Shown: piece by piece, positions 57,671-64,000 of the stretch
How positions within the stretch are numbered: the stretch's first letter is position 1
Layout: each line of letters begins with the position of its first letter
From: a virus
DNA length: 64,000 nucleotides
Reading direction: 5' to 3' (one strand)
Virus record (IMG/VR): IMGVR_UViG_3300023106_000002
Location: 31,560 to 95,559 of that record
Notes under the pieces: model-generated
The model's input: the letters and a program-made list of their open reading frames with translations, nothing else
What the model was told of the DNA's origin: nothing
Databases searched by the model: none
Translations under genes and position numbers: made by a program

Positions 57671-58310
57671 CTGGAAAGGTTGGAAGAGAAGTTTAAAGGG
57701 AGTTAATCATACTTCTCCATTAGTAGCGTCTCAGGCACAAAGCCCAATATCATCTTTTGCTGGTACAAGACAAGGAATTATGGAACAGATAGAGAACAGA
57801 GAAGCCATTAGTTACAAAGAAGATATGATTTCTCATTTTCTTAGTGATAATTTTACCAATAGAATTAGACCAAATGAAAGACATTTTAAGTTTTTTACAG
57901 GAGAATGGGGAATGTGGAAGTTTAATTGGGTATTAATGTATGGTGAAGCAATTGAGAAAGCTTCGCATATTAAACAAGGTAAACACATGAAAGGTACTTA
58001 TATATCATTGTTTCAGAAAAGAAGTAACTATAAGTTACTTGTTGAAGGTACTACATTTAGATTCTTTAAAGGTACAAAACAGATACAAGTATTCTATGAT
58101 GTAACAAATGAATGGAATATATCGAAAGGAAAAGATATAACTGATCCCGATGTACCATTGAAGATTCAATCAGTTAATATGTACATTGATAAGTTATATA
58201 AAGACTGGGAACTTGAGAACATAGAAATGGAGTATAATACTACATTAGATAAACTTAATAGATTAGTAGACAATGCCACAGATTATACAGAAGACAGTAA
58301 CCTTACCTAA
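57663..58310 (+). CDS. Hypothetical protein
   Basis: 215 aa. Confidence 0.65.
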   Translation: MNNWKGWKRSLKGVNHTSPLVASQAQSPISSFAGTRQGIMEQIENREAISYKEDMISHFLSDNFTNRIRPNERHFKFFTGEWGMWKFNWVLMYGEAIEKASHIKQGKHMKGTYISLFQKRSNYKLLVEGTTFRFFKGTKQIQVFYDVTNEWNISKGKDITDPDVPLKIQSVNMYIDKLYKDWELENIEMEYNTTLDKLNRLVDNATDYTEDSNLT

Positions 58311-58671
58311 GAATGAGTTCTTCGAGAAGCACTTAGAGATAATCAATCCTCTGATACCTAAACATCTTAGATTAACTCCAATGGAGATCAAAGTAGTGGC
58401 AGCATTTATGGGATTTGAAGGAGAAGTTGCTGAAGAAGATAGGTTCTGTACAGCATTGCGAAAGATAGTAATGAAGAGATTAGGTATTACAGGACCGGGA
58501 CTTAGCAACTATATTACACAACTTACACGAAAAGGTGTAATCACAGAGAAGTTAGATGGAGGATTAAAAATTCTTGATTACTTGCTTCCTGAACAAGGAC
58601 AACAATTTTATCAATTTAAACTATACAAACAAAATGAAGCATCAACTCAAAGTACAACAAGTAACTCTTGA
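58273..58671 (+). CDS. Winged-HTH DNA-binding protein
   Basis: LTPMEIKV...RKIVMKRLGITGPGLSNYITQLTRKGVI. Confidence 0.7.
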   Translation: MPQIIQKTVTLPKNEFFEKHLEIINPLIPKHLRLTPMEIKVVAAFMGFEGEVAEEDRFCTALRKIVMKRLGITGPGLSNYITQLTRKGVITEKLDGGLKILDYLLPEQGQQFYQFKLYKQNEASTQSTTSNS

Positions 58672-58909
58672 TGGTAAAGATTACCTAGAACTTGTCAATA
58701 AGATAGAAGAACTTGAAAAAGTTGAAAAGACCTATAATGAAAATGTAACTTTCATTGAAGTATTATTACTTAAACTTGATGATGCTGGAATTAAAGTTAA
58801 CACAACTAATTTAGCAGATAAAACTAAACCTATAGAAATTAAAACATCTGTACTTAACACAGCATCAATCAACGTAACAATAATCATTGAAATCGCAAAC
58901 ATCAGATAA
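58634..58909 (+). CDS. Hypothetical protein
   Basis: Start set to MKHQLKV. Confidence 0.55.
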   Translation: MKHQLKVQQVTLDGKDYLELVNKIEELEKVEKTYNENVTFIEVLLLKLDDAGIKVNTTNLADKTKPIEIKTSVLNTASINVTIIIEIANIR

Positions 58910-58910
58910 C

Positions 58911-59405
58911 ATGGACACAGAAGAGAAAATAGGATTACAAGAACCAGTACTTTTTTACGAAATCAATACATTACCTTATGGTGTTGATATAGATCAAATA
59001 CATAACATCTTCAGAGAAGAAAGATTAGTTATATATGATTCATTAAGATGTGGATTTAAAGGGACAGATGGAAGACCTTATGTTATATCTACTAACCCTG
59101 AAGAAGCACCTTATATGGTGGTTGACTCAAAGCACATGACTGGAACAGAAGTTAGAGAACTCGTTAAAACTATTGGTACATTAATTGATACTAAGAAGAA
59201 TGAAATCGAAAGCAAGATCATGGGTTATTGTTGTGGAGGAGAAGGAGAACTAATGACAAAGTATGCATACTTTATCAAGTACATTAAGAAAGCAGTATCA
59301 GGTAATGATGAGATAGGTAAAGAGTTTGATGAAACAAGACACTTGCATAAATTTCCAGCATTATCTGTAGAACAATTAAGACAACTTAAACAACGATTCA
59401 AATGA
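58911..59405 (+). CDS. Hypothetical protein, paralogue B1
   Basis: VLFYEINTLPYGVDIDQIHNIFREERLVIYDS; start set to MDTEEK. Confidence 0.65.
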   Translation: MDTEEKIGLQEPVLFYEINTLPYGVDIDQIHNIFREERLVIYDSLRCGFKGTDGRPYVISTNPEEAPYMVVDSKHMTGTEVRELVKTIGTLIDTKKNEIESKIMGYCCGGEGELMTKYAYFIKYIKKAVSGNDEIGKEFDETRHLHKFPALSVEQLRQLKQRFK

Positions 59406-59668
59406 AAAATGTAGTACTAGTATATGATTTAGAAAGCTGTCCATCAGATTATGGTATCGAAATGGATAAAGTAGGTAAAATATTTGAAGAACATGGAGTA
59501 GTTCTTTGGACATCAAAAGATAATGGTACAGAACCTAAACTTTATGTAAAAGAAATAGGTGATAAAATGGATTTCAGAGTTATTGATTTATCAACTGACT
59601 TTGCAAACAGAGCAGAAAAGGATACAGAAGAATTCATTAGTAAACTATTAAGTAAAGAAGATGAATGA
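59402..59668 (+). CDS. Hypothetical protein, paralogue B2
   Basis: VLVYDLESCPSDYGIEMDKVGKIFEEHGVVLWTS. Confidence 0.65.
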   Translation: MKNVVLVYDLESCPSDYGIEMDKVGKIFEEHGVVLWTSKDNGTEPKLYVKEIGDKMDFRVIDLSTDFANRAEKDTEEFISKLLSKEDE

Positions 59669-59927
59669 TATACCAAGAGAAGTATTAGACAAGTTATCTT
59701 TTGAAGATTTAAAGAAAGAGATCGAAGATTTTGCAAGTCAAGCTGAAGTATTTCAAGACAGAGCAGAAATGAAATGGAAAAAAGAAGATGATGCACTTCA
59801 AGATTACGATGAAGTAATGACTGAAAAGAATAGAGTACTTGTTGAATCAGATAGACAGATGAGTGGTATTCGCAAAGTAAGAAATCCAATGAAACATTTA
59901 ACACCTAAAAAGAAAAAGAGAAGATAA
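59661..59927 (+). CDS. Hypothetical protein with basic tail
   Basis: Ends HLTPKKKKRR. Confidence 0.6.
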   Translation: MNDIPREVLDKLSFEDLKKEIEDFASQAEVFQDRAEMKWKKEDDALQDYDEVMTEKNRVLVESDRQMSGIRKVRNPMKHLTPKKKKRR

Positions 59928-60271
59928 TGGCACAAGCAATAATTAATTTGAGAAAACAAGTACCTATGCAACTTGTTGAAAGAATGCTAATGTTACAGAA
60001 CATTAGAGAGATAGGAGTACAGAACTTACTTAAACTCCAAGATAGAAAGTTTAGAGTATTCTTACTTGAAGTCGAAGGAGAAACTGAAGAAGATCAATAT
60101 GAAATTGATTGGGAGTTCTGTATCTTTGCAGCTACATCATTTCAGTTTAATGCGTTGATGGAATGTTTTGTCCCAAAACAAAAACAAGAAGATGAACCTC
60201 AACGAGAGTCAAACATCATTATGCCTGACAATAATATTGAAGATGATAGACCACCATTAATACTTGTATAA
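59927..60271 (+). CDS. Hypothetical protein
   Basis: 114 aa. Confidence 0.6.
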   Translation: MAQAIINLRKQVPMQLVERMLMLQNIREIGVQNLLKLQDRKFRVFLLEVEGETEEDQYEIDWEFCIFAATSFQFNALMECFVPKQKQEDEPQRESNIIMPDNNIEDDRPPLILV

Positions 60272-60274
60272 TAC

Positions 60275-60637
60275 ATGAAGATCGACAACCCTGAATTACA
60301 GAAAGAGTTCTATGAACTCGTAAAGAGAGACTATCCTACTATGACTCCCGAAGAAATACGAGAATGTACTTCGTTTCAGTATCAACATACAAGAAACAAT
60401 ATACAAGGAGGTAAGTTACCTGTAATAAGGTTAACTTACTTTGGTACATTCTTAGTACTTCGAGGGAGAGCAGAAGGTACATTAGTGACAATGAAGAGAA
60501 AGTTTGAAGAACTTAAAATGGATGGTAAAGATTACTTTAAGTATAAGAACCAACTTGAATTGTTTTTAGAGAAGTATAAAGATGATACAACAATAAACGA
60601 AGAAAGAGATGAACTCAGTGATACAGAAGTTGACTGA
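60275..60637 (+). CDS. IHF/HU-like DNA-binding protein
   Basis: Two N-terminal helices then VIRLTYFGTFLV; usual crAss-like location upstream of terminase. Confidence 0.7.
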   Translation: MKIDNPELQKEFYELVKRDYPTMTPEEIRECTSFQYQHTRNNIQGGKLPVIRLTYFGTFLVLRGRAEGTLVTMKRKFEELKMDGKDYFKYKNQLELFLEKYKDDTTINEERDELSDTEVD

Positions 60638-60884
60638 CAAAGGATTTAATGGAGCAGATATTCATTGGTTTTTAATGAGATTTGACATACAGATTATTAT
60701 TCCAATACCTTTGCCTATACATGGTTTAATATGTATTCATCCTGATGATACCAAAGAAGATATTGAACAAAAGGTCAAAGAACTTGAAGATAAACAAGAA
60801 GCGTGGAGGAAAGCACAATTAAGTATTAACAATAAAGGTTGGGAACTTGCTAATATAGCTGCTGACTTTGAAATACCAAGATAA
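60609..60884 (+). CDS. Hypothetical protein
   Basis: 91 aa. Confidence 0.5.
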   Translation: MNSVIQKLTDKGFNGADIHWFLMRFDIQIIIPIPLPIHGLICIHPDDTKEDIEQKVKELEDKQEAWRKAQLSINNKGWELANIAADFEIPR

Positions 60885-60886
60885 AG

Positions 60887-61327
60887 ATGAAACAAGAGAA
60901 ATATTACACACCGAAGATTGAAGAGTTTCATGTAGGATTTGAATATGAGGATAGACAACTTGGATATGGAGAAACAAAAGATTTTGTAAAAAGAGTATTT
61001 AAAGTACAAGATAAAAAAGGAGTGTTCTTATCAATACTTGATTGGATTCAAGATAATCTAATTGAAGTGAGAGTTAAGTATCTTGATCGAGAAGATATTG
61101 AATCACTTGGATTTGTATATGATACTTCACTTACACCTATTTCAGATAGGTATATTCAAATAGGTAGGTATATTCAAATAGGAAATGTTACTACTAAGTT
61201 ACTTCATAACAAAGAAGATCACAAAATACGTATTGGTGTACAAGATATTGAGATATTCAACGGCACGATTAAGAACAAATCAAAATTAATTGATATTTTC
61301 AATGTAATAAATTTTCAATACAAATGA
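60887..61327 (+). CDS. Conserved phage hypothetical protein
   Basis: KYYTPKIEEFHVGFEYE...RVKYLDREDIESLGF...GTIKNKSKL. Confidence 0.7.
   Translation: MKQEKYYTPKIEEFHVGFEYEDRQLGYGETKDFVKRVFKVQDKKGVFLSILDWIQDNLIEVRVKYLDREDIESLGFVYDTSLTPISDRYIQIGRYIQIGNVTTKLLHNKEDHKIRIGVQDIEIFNGTIKNKSKLIDIFNVINFQYK
61147..61182 (+). repeat. Perfect 18-bp in-frame tandem duplication
   Basis: TAGGTATATTCAAATAGG x2 (RYIQIG RYIQIG). Confidence 0.9.
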
Positions 61328-61794
61328 ATAAATATTTAAAAATTAGTAATATATTTGCGTATCTGCAAGGTTACTGGCGTTATCATTTTTATTATAGTAC
61401 ATACTTTAAATGGATGATAAGACAGCATATCTTCGAGCAGATACAGTATCGAATATCAAAGATGGATATTAAATGCTTTGAAGATGGAAGTTGTAAGATG
61501 TGTGGTTGTGATACTACAGCATTGCAAATGGCTGATAAAGCTTGTGACAAACCTTGCTATCCGAAGATGATGAATAGAAGGAATTGGAACGGGTTTAAGA
61601 AGGTAATGAACATTGAAGTGAAAGATGTTATTATAGTTAAACGTGATATATACAATACGGGACTGTATGCACCTGATATATTAAATGCTCCAAAAATGAA
61701 GTATGTAGCACCAACAGTAGGAGAAATGTATTATATAATAGGAGTTGATCCTTATAAAAAAGAAGAAGATGGAGAAACATTGGAAAGAAGTTGA
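61324..61794 (+). CDS. Cys-rich zinc-binding protein, crAss-like
   Basis: CFEDGSCKMCGC...ACDKPCYPKMM. Confidence 0.7.
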   Translation: MNKYLKISNIFAYLQGYWRYHFYYSTYFKWMIRQHIFEQIQYRISKMDIKCFEDGSCKMCGCDTTALQMADKACDKPCYPKMMNRRNWNGFKKVMNIEVKDVIIVKRDIYNTGLYAPDILNAPKMKYVAPTVGEMYYIIGVDPYKKEEDGETLERS

Positions 61795-62065
61795 GATTAA
61801 TTTTGGTACAATTAGAGAAAATACATCTAAGACTATTATTTTTACAGCACTTAACACTATTCCTGAAATAGTTGATATTTCAGCACAATGTGGTTGTACT
61901 AAACCTAGTTATGATAAAGAAAATAAGTTGATGAGTGTGAAGTTTAATGCTGGGTATATTCCAAAACATCTAACAACTACTCAACCTGTAAGAAAGATGA
62001 TTACAGTAACTTATAAAGATGGTAGTCAAGAGATACTATTTATTACTGGTACTAAAGTTAAATAA
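61769..62065 (+). CDS. DUF1573-like Ig-fold protein
   Basis: INFGTI...AQCGCTKP...KMITV. Confidence 0.7.
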   Translation: MEKHWKEVEINFGTIRENTSKTIIFTALNTIPEIVDISAQCGCTKPSYDKENKLMSVKFNAGYIPKHLTTTQPVRKMITVTYKDGSQEILFITGTKVK

Positions 62066-62066
62066 T

Positions 62067-62270
62067 ATGAGAGATTTAAGACCTGCTGAAAAGATGATAT
62101 TGGAGATAACAAACTTGAATAAGTTTGATGCATACTTCTGTAAGAAGCATGGTCTTTTTATGTCTCGTAAGAATATTGAGAATCCAAACAAATGTCCTCA
62201 TTGTGTAATAGATGCTACACCTTTAGAGAACGCTGAACAATTACAAAAAGATATAAAAGATGGCAAATAA
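62067..62270 (+). CDS. Small zinc-ribbon protein
   Basis: CKKH...CPHC; start set to MRDLRP. Confidence 0.6.
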   Translation: MRDLRPAEKMILEITNLNKFDAYFCKKHGLFMSRKNIENPNKCPHCVIDATPLENAEQLQKDIKDGK

Positions 62271-62820
62271 ACTATTGGTAGCAGATTATGTAAGACTATC
62301 TAAATCTAATCCTAAAGTTGAAGAGGAGTTCAAGTACTTCAAAGAAAATATCTTTGGACATACTCTTAAATGGGAAGGTGGTAGCAAGCTGCATAACATT
62401 AAAGGAGATTCAGGTGGTTGGACATTATATGGTATTGCTTATAATAAGAATGCTGAAATGTTCAAGAACTTTGATGATTTCAGAGATACTACTTATGAAG
62501 AAGCAGCAGCTATTGCTTATGTAAAATATTACAGAGCAATCAATGCATTTATATTACCACTTGCTGCAAGACTTGTTTACTTCGATACTGCTTATAATAT
62601 GGGTAATACAAGAGCAATCAAAATCATGCAGAAGTGTGCAGGAGTACCACAAGATGCTCTTATTGGACCAGCAACAAGAGAAAAAATGATCTATGTTACA
62701 GAAGATTGTTTATACATTGAAAGAAACAAATGGTATAATCAACTTGTGATGAAGAACAGATCACTTAGTAAGTTTCTGAAAGGATGGATGAATAGATCGC
62801 TTGCAATATTTAAAGTATAA
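62260..62820 (+). CDS. Endolysin, glycoside hydrolase family 108 with peptidoglycan-binding domain
   Basis: WEGG...DSGGWTLYGI, FDTAYNMG, DALIGPAT, FLKGWMNR. Confidence 0.9.
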   Translation: MANKLLVADYVRLSKSNPKVEEEFKYFKENIFGHTLKWEGGSKLHNIKGDSGGWTLYGIAYNKNAEMFKNFDDFRDTTYEEAAAIAYVKYYRAINAFILPLAARLVYFDTAYNMGNTRAIKIMQKCAGVPQDALIGPATREKMIYVTEDCLYIERNKWYNQLVMKNRSLSKFLKGWMNRSLAIFKV

Positions 62821-62823
62821 GAT

Positions 62824-63405
62824 ATGGCAATACTATTTATAGTTGAAGGAAGAATAGTTAAACCTAATGTTGAAACATTACTTGTATCTCCTTTTAAAGA
62901 AATATGGGAGAGAGATGAAACATCAACAAAAGATCATGCTATTGAAGACTTCTCTTATATGGAGTTTTGTACATCTGAATTAGAGAGCAATCCTTTTTCA
63001 GGTTATAATCTTGATATAAGAGAACGCAAGGTACGTGAGCAAATTATCACGAGAGAGAACTGGGAAGAAGATGAATTTATTCTTGCTGGTAAAGCGAGCA
63101 TTATTCAATTCCAAAAAGAAGCTTCAGCAACTTATACATATTATATGTCAGCTAGAGCCGCTGCTGAAAAGATGCAAGACTTTTTCAATACATTTGATAT
63201 GGGAGCAGTCAACTTTAAAACAGGAGCATTGATTTACAAACCTAAAGAGATAACCTCAGCATTAATTGATACTGCAAAAGTTCTTGAGAACTTGCAAACT
63301 TTAAAGAAGAAAGTTGATGCAGAATTGTTTGATGAAATTAAGAACAAAGCACAGAAAGTGATTAGTCCATTTGCTAATCCATCTAGCTTAACAGATATGA
63401 GATAA
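62824..63405 (+). CDS. Conserved protein preceding terminase (possible small terminase)
   Basis: 193 aa helical, stop overlaps the TerL ATG. Confidence 0.55.
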   Translation: MAILFIVEGRIVKPNVETLLVSPFKEIWERDETSTKDHAIEDFSYMEFCTSELESNPFSGYNLDIRERKVREQIITRENWEEDEFILAGKASIIQFQKEASATYTYYMSARAAAEKMQDFFNTFDMGAVNFKTGALIYKPKEITSALIDTAKVLENLQTLKKKVDAELFDEIKNKAQKVISPFANPSSLTDMR

Positions 63406-64000
63406 TGGATGTAAGAAGTTCAAGTGGAATATGGATTAACTCGCAAGTGTTTCGTGAAGAAGCTTTGAGGTTTATGAAGTATGGTAGTTACTGTGCTGAT
63501 CCTTGGGGAAGTCCTGACTGGTTTAATTACTGGCAAGAACAACGAAGAAGATGTATTGAAGGCTATGCAGTAGGTGGTGCTAGGATAACTGGTGACCATT
63601 ACTTCTACTTGAACTTTTGTCCTATTCAGAAAGTTGAAGATACAAATGCTAAAGTATCACGAAAGGTACTTGAGTTTCCTGATTACTGGGATGGTGATTA
63701 CAATTACTTTTGGGTAAGAGAGATAGCCCGTAATGGTATATTAAGTAATGGACTTGTTACTAATGATCGTGCAGAAGAAATTTATCATTTAGATACTTTA
63801 GAGAAAGCTATAGAACTTAAGAAAATATTTGAGAACCTCCACTTAGAAGTCAAAATTGAACCTGACTATCTACTTGGAGGTTTCAATTTGATTGTAGGTA
63901 AGTCAAGACGTAAAGGATATTCATATAAGAATGCAGCAGTAGCAGTTAAGAACTACTTATGTTATCCTAAATCATTAACTATCTTTGGAGCATACGAAAA
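63405..64000 (+). CDS. terL: Terminase large subunit, N-terminal part (3'-truncated; not in ORF track)
   Basis: Hand translation MDVRSSSGIW...YWQEQRRRCIEGY...ITGDHYFYLNF...PDYWDGDY...IVGKSRRKGYSYK (terminase Walker A). Confidence 0.9.
   Translation, partial: MDVRSSSGIWINSQVFREEALRFMKYGSYCADPWGSPDWFNYWQEQRRRCIEGYAVGGARITGDHYFYLNFCPIQKVEDTNAKVSRKVLEFPDYWDGDYNYFWVREIARNGILSNGLVTNDRAEEIYHLDTLEKAIELKKIFENLHLEVKIEPDYLLGGFNLIVGKSRRKGYSYKNAAVAVKNYLCYPKSLTIFGAYE

Noticed and set aside
59661-59927. PKKKKRR as a nuclear localisation signal implying a eukaryotic host
   Set aside because: All other evidence (promoters, endolysin, gene set) points to a Bacteroidota phage; a basic nucleic-acid-binding tail is simpler.
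1926-63232. Many short alternative-frame or antisense ORFs in the track (e.g. 1926..2153, 32647..33063, 37882..38235, 45419..45721, 59542..59904)
   Set aside because: They lie within or opposite well-supported genes and show no motifs; treated as shadow ORFs.
1-64000. Stop-codon reassignment as in some gut crAss-like phages
   Set aside because: Long genes (vRNAP, PolB, TerL start) are uninterrupted in the standard code and coding density is high.

Overview
64 kb of an AT-rich dsDNA phage genome that looks like a crAss-like virus (Crassvirales, most similar in organisation to the phi14:2-type flavobacterial group); host is probably Bacteroidota/Flavobacteriaceae. Standard genetic code. Three blocks. 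(1) 1-14.5 kb, + strand: the 5'-truncated giant virion RNA polymerase polyprotein (DYDID catalytic motif, C-terminal HExxH zincin) and a second large ejection-type protein. (2) 14.6-55.4 kb, - strand: replication and nucleotide-metabolism genes (ThyA, MazG, dNMP kinase, UDG, primase, PolB, four helicases, PD-(D/E)xK nucleases) plus early accessory genes preceded by a repeated 19-bp promoter-like motif. (3) 56.1-64 kb, + strand: small genes, a minimal protein kinase, an IHF-like gene, a GH108 endolysin and the start of the large terminase. Main observations: a complete-looking phage ubiquitin-like conjugation operon (Ubl precursor - E2 - JAB - E1 - acidic partner); a Dit1/PvcA-type isocyanide synthase lying between a 3-His cupin dioxygenase and a SAM methyltransferase; a C-terminal E-L-L-[LM] tag shared by four unrelated proteins; a counter-oriented sRNA-like unit with a host-type promoter; an AAA_24 ATPase with swapped Walker segments; and several long, stem-rich intergenic regions. 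All family calls come from reading motifs by eye, with no database searches.
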